The notes under the pieces were generated by a model, which worked only from the letters and a program-made list of their open reading frames with translations, did not search any database and was not told where the DNA came from. DNA of 64,000 bases from Squalus acanthias (lineage: Eukaryota). Shown here in pieces: positions 51,074-62,775 of this stretch. The number at the start of each line of letters is the position of its first letter. Position 1 is the stretch's first letter. Position numbers and translations under genes: made by a program. The stretch spans positions 98,830,001-98,894,000 of the forward strand of contig CM059431.1 in NCBI GenBank assembly GCA_030390025.1. The letters run 5' to 3'.

Positions 51074-51820
51074 GGCCCGGATTTTGTGGTTAGCAGCGAA
51101 GAAGCGACCGTTCACTACATTGCCCACAGAGTTTACGCGGGACTTTTGAGCGTAGACTTGCTGTCATTGGGCATGTAATCCAGCGCAGTGCCCTCTACAG
51201 GGGATCTGTAGGCGTCTATGAGTAGGTAAAGTAGCAGCGAGGCTCTTTAACCAATCAGATTGAAGAATCCTCACTGAGCTACGCAGCATCTAAACCAGGA
51301 AGTATAAACCAGAAATTATAAATTAGATTTAAATCATGTACAGTAAGTGAAATAAAGACTGGGAAAGAAAGTTGGGATTAACAGAGATAAAAAGAGACAA
51401 AGTAAAAAAATTAATTATTTTAATATTTTAAAATCTCCAACACTAATTAAATTCTGAAGGAATGAGACTCCACACTTGTAAAATTAATTTTTCAGTGCCA
51501 GAGAGGTTGTTTGGCAGTAATTAAGACTTATCACACCGTTAAAAATTCACTTACACCTGAATGCACCAGCCCTAACTTTTTCTGCCGTGTTTAGTGGGTG
51601 TCCAGCGAGTAAGTACAGCAACTTCACATCCTTACATTGATTTCAATGCTGAGTCGAGCGGCGAGGTACTGTTATAGCGCAGCCTGCAGAGGAGGAGGGT
51701 AACTCGGACCGCAGCTTCCCAATTCCGTGTTTAACTGCGCATGTGCATACTCTGGAATTTGCTGTCCGATTTACTCCATAACCGTTAGGCTCACCGTTAT
51801 TCTCAACGCAAATCCGGGCC
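51074..51820. mobile_element. Uninterrupted Harbinger-type MITE, inverted relative to 97-4708
   Basis: TIR GGCCCGGATTT / AAATCCGGGCC; 51450-51545 is the reverse complement of ~345-445. Confidence 0.8.
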
Positions 51821-52576
51821 AATAGGTTGCTATTGCTTTTAAAAGTTATGGGTAAAACTAACAACCAAGTGTCCATATTTGCCACACTATGAATGGACCT
51901 GGGTTTTTCTCCGGATGAAGAATAGCAGGTCACACTTGTTTTCAGCAATGCTTAGGCATGAAAAGCATCCATCTCGGTGACAGAGAAGGTGGGAAATGAA
52001 ATTAATTTGTTGTGCTCAAAATATTTAAACATACAACAGAGACTCGCTGTATTAAGGATTCTCAGTACTGTGTGAAGGGAGTGGAGTTTGTGGCAGGTTC
52101 CGATAACGATGGCTTCAGTCTTAATGGTCAGCTGAAAGAAGTTGTGACTCATTCATGACAATGTCAGACAGGTGATCAGATTGAGAAGGAGACCCGTTGT
52201 GGCATCAGTACACAAAAGGCAGGTCTCGATTACTAGAAATTACAGGAATGCCTAACCCTTGGGTTAATCACATCAGTACAGTTCATTTCACTGCTTCATA
52301 CTGTTGGACTCAGTAACTCAAACAGTAACTGGCACTCACTGTTTAAACAAATAGAAAATTTATATTATTTTTAATCACAGGCATCTAGTGTCCTTTACCC
52401 AACCTGTACCGTGGGCAGTTAAAGATCAATTAACTTGTAGATGATGCAGGAAATCCCAGTCTTACTCGAGCTCCTTCTCTGTAATTATATAAGCTCTGCC
52501 TGGTACGCTTGCGTTTCCCTACAAGACTCTTCTTTGCTAGTTACTGATGCTAATATGACTTTTTATTTTTCTACAG

Positions 52577-52645
52577 CTCGAGATGCCCCAGCATAGCTCA
52601 GAAATAAATACAACGTTGATCCACTATCTAAGTTATTTGGTATGA
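52577..52645 (+). CDS. Candidate terminal exon B of IgSF gene (LEMPQHSSEINTTLIHYLSYLV*)
   Basis: Acceptor ctaat...ttttatttttctacag, phase 0, 22 codons then TGA; AATAAA downstream at 53074. Confidence 0.5.
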   Translation, partial: LEMPQHSSEINTTLIHYLSYLV

Positions 52646-53871
52646 TGGATGTTCCTATATTCAACTTCCCTCCTCTTTTCTCCCCTTCATCATAATGAGA
52701 GATTTCTTTAGTGATGTGGATAGTTAAACATTAGTATCAATTTTACTTTTTGAGAAGTTTAATACAGAAATAAGGGTCAAAATTAGGAGTGACAGCCACA
52801 TTGTTAGAGCATTTTACTCTGTATCTAGTTGTGCTGTACCTGACTTGATGCTGGCAATGGCTGCTTCAAGTGAAACATGTTCTACTCTACTGCCATCCTT
52901 CACTTGGGATATTGGATTTACAAGTGTGTGGATCTCAGGTGATCCATTCTCATTGCTGGGCTTTCATGTTATCACAATCTTTTACCTGTAGCTCTCTCGT
53001 GGAATCGGGGAAAAAAAACCATCAGAATTGGGCCACCTCTCGGAAATCCACAGATATGATCACCTTTTGAACTAATAAAGTTGCACACAAAGGACACTGG
53101 TCAGAACAGAGTCAACGTGATCAAGCAGGGGGGTGAGGGAGAGGTTTCTAGAAAAGTAGCCACATACAATAGCTTTCTGACTATAGTCACTCTGTGGCAC
53201 AAGCCCAATATGGGAGTTGGCTACAGGCCTGAACACTCAGACAAGCAGACCAAGAGGGAGAAAGATAGAAGCATTCAGTAGATATGTTTTGAATGCTGCA
53301 GAGACATTTTGTAGCATCTAGTCAGTGTCTAATGAACATTGAGCTGCACTGCTCAGCATGGAGTATAGAGTGGCATTAGTTACAAGTACAGTCGGTATAT
53401 ATACCTGATTTTAGGTTATATGTTGTAAGCAGTTAATCCAGCGTAAAGCAATTTCGTGTGATGCTTTTAACTTTCATTACAAACTTTCCACTCTTGCTAG
53501 AACTGGGGTCATAAAAAACCTCACAGAAGCTCCCTTGGAAAAGGATTATAGAACAGACAACATGATTTACCCACAAAAAAACCAAATTAGACAGTGAAGA
53601 ACGTTTTCCTGGTTTACCAGCAGGGCAATTCTGAGACAGATGACCAAAGCCTGGCACCAGAATGAGGCCCTACATCTAGCTGGGGCTGGGGATATACCGT
53701 ATGCTTGTACAAGGGCTGGGACGTGGCAAGGGTTCCAGATACCATTCACGCACCTGCCTACCATAGGATGTTTTGCTACTTTCATACCTTCCACATTAAA
53801 TGCCTTTGCAATATACATTTCATTTCACCTTACAATTGTTGAATTTATTATTGATCCCTCGTACACCAAAT

Positions 53872-54242
53872 GTAAATCCCCTCCCTACGTCTGTAATCTC
53901 CTTCAGCCCCACAACACCCCCCCCCCCCCCCCCCCCCCCCCGATATCTGCGCTCCTCTAATTCTGCCCTCGAGCATCCCTGATTATAATCGCTCAACCTT
54001 TGGTGGTCGTGCCTTCAGTTGCCTAGGCCCTAAGCTCTGGAATTCCCTCCCTAAATCTCTGTGCCTCTCTTTCCTCCTTTAAGACGCTCCTTAAAACCTA
54101 CCTCTTTGACCAAGCTTTTGGTCACCTGCCCTAATTTATCCTTGTGCCTCAGTGTCAAATTTTTTTGTCTTATAATACTCCTGTGTAGCGCATTGGGACG
54201 TTTTACTACGTTAAAGGCGCTATATAAATACAAATTGTTGTA
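53872..54242 (+). mobile_element. L2 LINE 3' end
   Basis: Collinear with 29205-30047 but with a single degenerate copy of the 37-bp unit (containing a C-run). Confidence 0.8.
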
Positions 54243-54366
54243 ATAAATTGGCAGATTTCAGTACTCTTCCTGAGTTGGGGAGTCCCTACAGGTTTCTACA
54301 TGATAGGAGTCTCTGTTTAGCAGCAGGTTGTGAGCTCCCAGACCTGAGTAAATCATAAAGTGAATT

Positions 54367-54985
54367 AAAATGAGAAGTCGCACAACACCAGGTTATAGTC
54401 CAACAGTTTTATTTCAAATTACGAGCTTTCGGAGCTCTGCACCTTCGTCAGGTACAGTGAGGGAATACAAATCGATTACAAAGTATATATAGACAGAGAA
54501 CAATGTGTCTGCAGAGAGGCCTTCGAGACACACGACAACGCAAAATCATCGAGCAGAAACTGATAGCCAAGTTCCGCACCCATGAGGACGGCCTTAACCG
54601 GGATCTCGGTTTCATGTCACGCTACAGAACGTGACTCGACATCGTTGTCTGGTTCACAGGTGTGATTTCCAGTTTTTAAAAAAAAGTGAAAAGCTTAACT
54701 GCAGACTGCTGCATTTGACACGTTGGACCCCCTGTGACCCACCTCATTGTCTTAGCTGTACTCTACTGTGTCTTTGATGTAATGCCTCCCTGATGGATTG
54801 TATCTCTGCAGACAAATTGTTCTCTGTCTATATATACTTTGTAATCGATTTGTATTCCCTCACTGTACCTGATGAAGGAGCAGAGCTCTGAAAGCTCGTA
54901 ATTTCAAATAAAACTGTTGGACTATAACCTGGTGTTGTGCGACTTCTCATTTTTGTCCACCCCAGTCCAACACCGGCATCTCCGC
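54367..54985 (+). mobile_element. Penelope-like element with inverted pLTR copy
   Basis: ~150-bp inverted arms 54367-54517 and 54803-54953; GIY-YIG C-terminus GLRDTRQRKIIEQKLIAKFRTHEDGLNRD; 15-bp duplication ATCATAAAGTGAATT at 54352-54366 and 54986-55000. Confidence 0.88.
54865..54900 (+). ncRNA. Minimal hammerhead ribozyme motif (mirror copy on minus strand at 54420-54455)
   Basis: TAC-CTGATGA-A-GGAGC-AGA-GCTCT-GAAA-GCTC-GTA; mirror copy reads CTGACGA-A-GGTGC-AGA-GCTCC-GAAA. Confidence 0.65.
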
Positions 54986-56694
54986 ATCATAAAGTGAATT
55001 GTAAAGGTTTAAGTAACATTATCAGTAATTTCCTGCAGGAAGAAGCAAATCCTTATTTTGTAGCTGGAGGGTGAATAATAAGGAATGTGAATAAATAATT
55101 AATATAAATCTGTTCTCTTTTGAATCCTGATCACTGAATTATTTTGTAAGTATGACAAATATAACTGCACGTGCTGGCCCTGAAGGAGGCTCATCATTTC
55201 GCACGAGAGTGACCTTGACATCTTTTACTGCTGCTTTCAGCCCACTGGTGCTGGGCCCTGGCTCAGATGTGGTACTGGGTAAGTGTGGAAACAACCATAG
55301 TCCTAAGTAAGTCTTGGAATCCTGTGAAAGTTTCATGTTAAAGCTGACCTTCAAGGCATCCATTGAGGCAATGATAGCTGCCACTCAAAAACCACCTAAT
55401 GTCCTTAGTGCTGCTTCCAAGTGCCTTGCTGCTGCAGTCATCTCTTCGAGCGAAACACACTCTGTGTGTTCTGCATGACAGACTTCCTGCATTGTGTTGC
55501 AGAGACATGTAGGGGACTCCTCCCACTCACCCTGCACCTAAATTATGTGTAGAAATCTTCAGCGCTTGTGCACAAGACTGATGCTCCCTAAATCCATAGG
55601 TCTTTTGAAGACTGGCTCCCCAAGATCAGGTCCCTATACTGAAGGCAGATATTTTGCCAACTTCCATGGAGGAACAGCATTCCCCCCCCCCCCCCTCCTC
55701 CACTTCCAGGCCCTTATGCTCACTGGTGCTGTTTCACCAGGTGAGAATCTTTGACTCACAAACTACTCCCAAGTGAGTGTCTCTGGACTGGTTTCAGGGG
55801 CACACAAGATGCCATGGAGTTGGTGAGGATGGGGCAGAAGTTGCACAGGTCAAGAACCTGGCTGCTGCCGACAGGTTCTCCTTCTCCAAGCCATCCTTGA
55901 AGACAAAGTAGTGGCCGAGTCAATCCCTCTTTACATACTTTAATATACATGAAGCAGAGTCTAACTGCGTTCTCAATTGCCATGCCTTCATCAATCTGCT
56001 CTTGGTATTACACCTCCTACTTCCCCATCGCTAACATCCTCTTCCGTGCACCGCTTCATCATATGCACTCAAATTTTGGAAGTTATTATGGGGCTTCTTG
56101 TTCCCAGTCCCTAGGCTGCCATCCTTCCTAGCCCTCACGTCAGCCAGTAGAACATATATGGACGGATGGATGTATCAGAAAACCTGGATCCCTTCCAAAT
56201 ACTGACCTCTTCTCGTTCCCCAAGGCCGCTCCTTCCTCCTTGCAACCTTTCACTTCCTGTGGTGTGGTTCCGGAATAGACAAAATGCTTGTGGCTCTTTA
56301 ATTAGCTGCAGGCTTTTAAAATGCTGATGCACAACTCAACTTCCCTCTCTCCCAGCGATGGCAATGACTAACAGTTTTACTGCTGTATACCAGCCCCCAC
56401 ATACATGAGACACACTGCAGGAAACCTCAACAGGGTCACATGGGCAGGTAGAAGCCCCACCCTGCTCCTAACCCACTAATCAGAACAAACCCCAGCCCTT
56501 AACATCAGTTCCTTAAAAGGAATGGCACTGATCAGTCTGCAGATCTTTGAATAGACTTTTCTTCCAACAATCATCTTCCCACATTACTGACATCAGACAC
56601 CATTTTAATATCTTCGAGATCATTTGTATATATGGTAAACAGTGGAGACCCCAGGATGATTCCTAAGCCACTGATCACTGGACACCATTGCAAC

Positions 56695-59600
56695 TTTATT
56701 AGTATTTATTTTTTACAATTTTGCACAATGACCAAACGAATATGAAAAATGTAACCATCCTGTGCACACAAAAATCATTTACTGAACAGTGAAATTTACC
56801 ATCGTCAAAACTGGAAAAAATACAACCTCAATTATTGCCTTAACATTAATCACAATGTACAGTTGCATTGCTGCTTTAATTCCCAATATATTCTAATACC
56901 TGTTACAGCAAGATAATTATTAATTACACCCACATTTCATTGCTATTTGCTGCATTACAAGGTTTTTGACATGAATTCTATCAGAGGGAATGACTGAAGT
57001 ACAGTGACTGCCCATTTTCACACAACAGGAAGCAGAACTACATGCATTTACTGCTTATGAAAATGGTGTTATTTGAAGAAACCACCTTCTCTGTTCCAGA
57101 TGTGTAGAATGTCCTTCAAATGCTGCAGACCTCCTTCTCTGGAGTTGCTTGTCCTTTCTTGCTGAAGCACCAACATTCCAGGCACTAGTATGCAGAGACC
57201 AGACAGATTTCCACTGCCTTGCTTCCTTTGAATTTTTCCAAGTCATTTGAAAGTGTTCAAATAAATCTTCTAAAAAGGAGCCGTTGCATTAACATCCTCT
57301 GAAATTTATTTTTGGGGAAAATAAACTGTTTGAAAGTGCTAAGAGCCAAATTCAAAATTATTTACAAAATAGACTTTAACATTTCCTTTGCTTTTCCTAG
57401 GATGAAATGGATTGTGGACATTTATAAGTGGTTCAAAGTTAAATCAATGAATAACTGCATATGACTGATAAACCGATCAGAGCCAGACTCCTTCAACCAA
57501 TTTCAAACAAAAATAATGCAGACTACTTTCTAATTTCCATAACGATTACACGTATTGCACAATTTTTTAAATATTTTAGAGTTGGTTCTAAGGAAACAAG
57601 CTTGTTTCGATCCATCTTGGTAAGCTCAAATTGGTCATCATAATTGGACTGAAAGCAATTAAATCTAGAAATCTCAAATATTGCATACCCAATAATAGAT
57701 TTACAATACAAATGAGTTTTTTGATCATTTATCTAACTGGCACAAGAGCCTCAATGCATTGCAACGGCCTTAATATTCGTGAAGACTCAAAAATAAATAA
57801 TTGCATATTAATCATGATAGTGAACCCTCTAGTAAGCTGTGTGTTGGAATACAGGACTTCAAAAAGATTAACCTATTTCTAACATGCACAGAAACATTAG
57901 CACTATGCATTTATTAAAGAGCAGTGAATATTTTCCAAACTAAACTATGCTGCACTTTCCTTCCCAACTCTGGGAGCTACGCTCTAGCCTGGCTTCCCCA
58001 TCCCCGATTGATTCAGATTTACAAATATCACAATCCCCTCCAGTGTATTCCCAGCGCCAATCACAACCAGGTTATGGGCCTTAACTGTACAAGAATATGG
58101 GCAGCATAATGAACAGTTACAAATATCAAACTGAAGGTAGCAGGAATATGAAATAATTTATAACGCCAAAGCAATGCATTATTAGGCAAACTCACATGAG
58201 ATGCATCCCGATGAGAACTGAACAATTTGTAATCATTACCTGTGCACATACTTTAACCACACCTAACTGGAATAGTAATGGAATAGGATTCTAACTTTCT
58301 ACACTCTCTCTGTTAGCAGCTATTCAGCAAACACTCAGTCCTTCCATTAGACAAACTAGTAATGCAGATAATCTAAAATCCTGGAAAGCAACTTTGCACC
58401 AGTTAACTCCAAAATAAAATACCCTATTATAGGACTGGAGATCCTGTAACAATGCTAACAGATAGACTAGAATACTTCACTCAACTCAGACCATTGATAC
58501 AACTAGCTTACCCCACAGTGCAGTGTTTCAGGCACCGACCAGTCACACCTCGCAAACCAGAATTGTCTTGTGAAAACAGAAAATGTTAGCCCAGAATGTA
58601 TCCAGGTATGGATAAGGGTCAGGGGCCCTGCTCTTGGGAGGTGTCACTTAAAGATTCTGAGGACAAGAAAATTGCTTGAAAAATAAAAAAGTGGAGTTAC
58701 TTTAAAAAAAACATTCCACATAAATAGGAACACCAACACTAACCCAGTGTTTGAACTGGTTACACTGGCAGGTACAATGTACTACGTACCACACACAGCT
58801 TCTGATCATTTCAAAACCCCACCTTTCTGGTTTACAAACCTTGCATGAACCTTACAGGTGACCTTAGCTTCATTGCATTCTTCCTTAACGTGCCAATTTT
58901 CTTAACTTCTTGGATTCAGTTTGCTGGCCCACATCATTAACTTGCACATAACCTTCCAACTCAACTATCTTTCAGCAGGAAAGCAACAGAATTGGATGTT
59001 GAACATATTTCTGATCAACTGTACTTTTTATAGACCCGACTCCATACATGACTATCTTAACCTGCTGCAGTACTCAGTACAGTTGGCTTTCTGAACCCCT
59101 CTTTGCACACATAACTTGCCCTGGAATCAGTTTCACAATCCAATAAAGGAAAATTTATGACAAACTCTTGTGGACTGACCCTTTTAAAATCACGGGTTGA
59201 CCTCCTCTGTTGAAGACAGCCAAGTGTTTGGTTCTTCGGTTTCATAAGGATGAAGATGTTTTGCTTTCTATTGAAAAGCCTCCCAAAGATCAGAGTTAAG
59301 AAAATTTTTAGTTTAACTTAAAAAGCAGTTGGTCTGAATTTCAGATGCAAATCGAAAGCGGAGATTCTGAAAGCTCAACACATACTGTAAATGAGGCTAG
59401 AGCCAGGACAGAAAGCTAAATTAAGAGCTTTGTGCAAAATTACACTGTAGATCAAGGTGGAGAAGGATGCAAAGCTTACATAACTGAGTCCTAGAACCTA
59501 ACCTTCAGCTGTTTTATTTAATTTGCAGGACAAGGGATCTTGGGTTCTGTTGCAAGGTTTGAAATTGGTGTTGCACGGGACTGGCTCAGTTTCTTTGCAC

Positions 59601-60342
59601 ACTAATGAAAAATCTAACAAAGCTAAATTCTGTTGAGCTAAATTTTTCATGCATCCCATCAGTGTCCATCAGCACCAGTTGCTAGTGATGCTGTTAGGAT
59701 TGGAGCTGGTATTCCTGCTCGCTATTACTCCATTTCCCCCTTCCCCATGGTAGCTTTGTTCTGGCAAAAAAAGTCTCACACGAGTTTCTTCACACATCAA
59801 GAATCATTTCAAAGTTGATCTTGTACTTCATGCCAAAACAGGATTACTTCTGAATGTTTTGGATTCAGCCGATAAGAATCCACAGTAAGACTAGAGCTTT
59901 ATGATTGCAATAGTGCAGATAACTATTTTGAATATATACAGAGGCCTATGTATACATGGACACCTTACAGCACATATATGCCATTGACTTACATTTAAAA
60001 AATAAAGCAAGGTGGTCACATTTGGTTCTGCAATGGTTTAAAAGTGAACTTGACCTGTGAGTTACAGGAAACCAAGGGTGTACAATACCAGTTATGGCAG
60101 AGACACAATACTGACACTTGTTTTCACTACTGGTAAGCAGATCCCACACTTCTACAAACACATCCAGAATAAACTAGGTCTACCAAACTTCATCTGAACG
60201 GTGAACCAATGACTGTACATCGAATACATCAAAACATTTAAGATGTTCAATGCAGAAAAGGAATGCAAGGAAACAAAACAAAACAGCTATAAATACTGGG
60301 CAAACTGGGTTTCGTTTCAAGTATTCTCAGAGACAATGGGTT
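56695..60342 (-). other. ATP6V1A: Probable 3' UTR of ATP6V1A with tandem AATAAA signals at 56695-56700 and 56705-56710
   Basis: AT-rich stretch with no repeat I recognise, running from the stop codon to paired polyadenylation hexamers. Further AATAAA sites lie near 57305, 57910 and 59513. Confidence 0.6.
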
Positions 60343-60435
60343 TTAGTCTTCTAGACTACGGAATGCAGTTTGCATGTCTTCAGAAAGTTGCATGTAGTCT
60401 GCCTTGAGTTTTGCCTCTCCATCCTTCACTGGGTC
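60343..60435 (-). CDS. ATP6V1A: V-ATPase catalytic subunit A, last coding exon ([30 protein letters not shown])
   Basis: ctttccttccag acceptor; matches the vertebrate ATP6V1A C-terminus (..EDMQNAFRSLED). Confidence 0.96.
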   Translation of the reverse strand, partial: DPVKDGEAKLKADYMQLSEDMQTAFRSLED

Positions 60436-62341
60436 CTGGAAGGAAAGCGCACTCATATCAATATATGCCTTTCAGACCAAAAGACAGATTTGCATTGCAA
60501 GTGGCAAGTCATTGCAACAAGCGAGGTCATGTTTAATATCACATTCACTGTTCATTCATTTGTGAATGGCTTTGGGACGCCCCGAGGTTCTGAACAGCAC
60601 TATTTAACTGCAAATTCTTTAAATAATTTTTGCATGGTTGGCACGCATTAAATGAACAGCCCGCCCAAAACTCCTCGTTAAGAGTACACTTCAGCCTCGC
60701 ATAGCATGGCATTCTGGTCCAATCTACTTCTTTGATTACTGTAAGTCTGCCATACTGAGCTGCTCATCAGAAACATTGCCACAGATAGCTCACTACACAG
60801 AATTGAAACAGCAAAGAGCAGCTCCTCTTGCCTTTGAATGCAAATACTATTGTTTCATAACATGAAGGCATTCGGACCTTTCACAGACACTGCCTAGTTT
60901 CATAAACATTACACGGTAACATGGGACCTCAGACAACGAGCATCTGTGTATTGAATGGGCTGCCAGGTTCATGCAATAGGGGCTGCTGTACATACCAACT
61001 AGAATCTTGAGAAACTAGAGCTTCATTAGTGAAAGCAGTAGGCTCACGCAGTAACTCTACCAAGGAGAAAGTGTGCAGAGCTACATTGTCACTGTTGAAC
61101 GTTACCAAAGTCCTCCCGCCGTGAGTGAAATCATTGGAATGTACAACGAACCCAGTGAGGGCTTGTTAAATGGCCTGTGTGTGGTTGAGGTTTAGCCCAG
61201 GCTGATTCCACTCTAAATGTACGTAATGAAATACAGAGACCAAGAGGTCAACACTGTCGGTGATTCTCTGACCCATGTTCCTTGCTGGGAACAGTGAACT
61301 AGGCCTATACCTTCACAAGAGTATACATGGGGGGGGGGGGGGGTTTAATGCTCCACATGCTTTCCTATATTGAAATGGATTCTATTTTTTCTAGTACAGT
61401 CAGCAGTTATACAAAATTTGAATTACAGATGGCTCCAGGATCGCCTTGGAAAACCACATCCATTGAAGAATCAAACTATTACGAAGAATGATGGGACCAC
61501 TGGGTAGTGCCCCACTTTAGACATCTCTAGGGCGTGGGGTTCGACTCCAACCCAGACTGACAGAATAAAAGTCTCCATCGGTAGGATGCAACGACCCTAG
61601 AAAACCGTGAGGCAGTCTCAGGTCAGTTTCGATTGGGGATGGGCTCAAAGCAAAGTCCCAAATTAGTTTAAGTTTTCAGTTTCACTCAGAGGCTGGTGGA
61701 CAGCTAGTGTGGAAAATGGAAAAATGTCAATGGCATATAAAAGGTACTGAGTCTCGGGGGGTGGGAATAAAGTCAGGAAATGAGGCACAACATTAGGCAA
61801 ATTACAGGGAGCTTCACTCCATGGCTGGCTGTGCTAAACATAACTTGAGTGCTTGATACCGATACTAAAGCCTGAGATGGGAAAGTGATCTGTTTTCCAC
61901 TGCAAACAACCCCACCATAACAAGAAAACACCCCACCCAAGACATACGATCATCAGGCATCGTAACTCCTTCCAATCAGTTCCAAAGTACGGTCGTCAAT
62001 GGCTAATGCTTAAACATATTTAACCCTTCCTTCTTGAATTTTCATTGAGGAAAAATTTAACAAAAGAGGCTTTGATGATGGGACTAAATTTCCCAGCAGG
62101 AACCACTTGGTGCAAGGAGCTGTTTGCGCTGTGTCGCATCACATTCCATCAGACCAACTGGCATCAGCCATGACCCCATAACCAAAATGGAGACAACAGA
62201 ATAGTCGCAACGCGGTGAAACGACAGGCCTAAGTCACTGTTGCCTCTCCTTCCCACCATTCTGTATTGAGCAGCTCAGTAGTTGGGTGCTTGTACGTCTG
62301 TATCGCACTAAGACGGTTGGGTAGAATCCATGCTTATTCTA

Positions 62342-62551
<210 letters not shown>

Positions 62552-62636
62552 TCAAAATACAATGGGCAACACAATATTGATGGCTATTTCAAAATTATTA
62601 TTTTGTATTGCGCTTTGGCAATTCTCAGAATCCCCA

Positions 62637-62775
62637 GTGCAGATAGAGGCCATTTCGGCCCATCGAGCCTGCATATCCCACCCTATCCCCGTAACCCCAT
62701 GTATTTAATCCCCCCTAACACTAAGGGTCAATTTATCATAGCCAAATCAACCTAACCCGCACATCTTTGGACTGT
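62637..62775 (-). mobile_element. V-SINE (HE1-like) fragment with CR1-type tail
   Basis: CCTAACCCGCACATCTTTGGACTGT core and GAGGCCATTTCGGCCCATCGAG tail. Confidence 0.6.

Noticed and set aside
55100..56480. Possible gene between the Ig gene and the ATP6V1A UTR
   Set aside because: Only short ORFs; faint resemblance to decayed Harbinger sequence (TR..SIGLLK), too weak to annotate.
58514..58550. CACAGTG as a recombination signal sequence
   Set aside because: No nonamer at 12- or 23-bp spacing, and not adjacent to a V or J segment.
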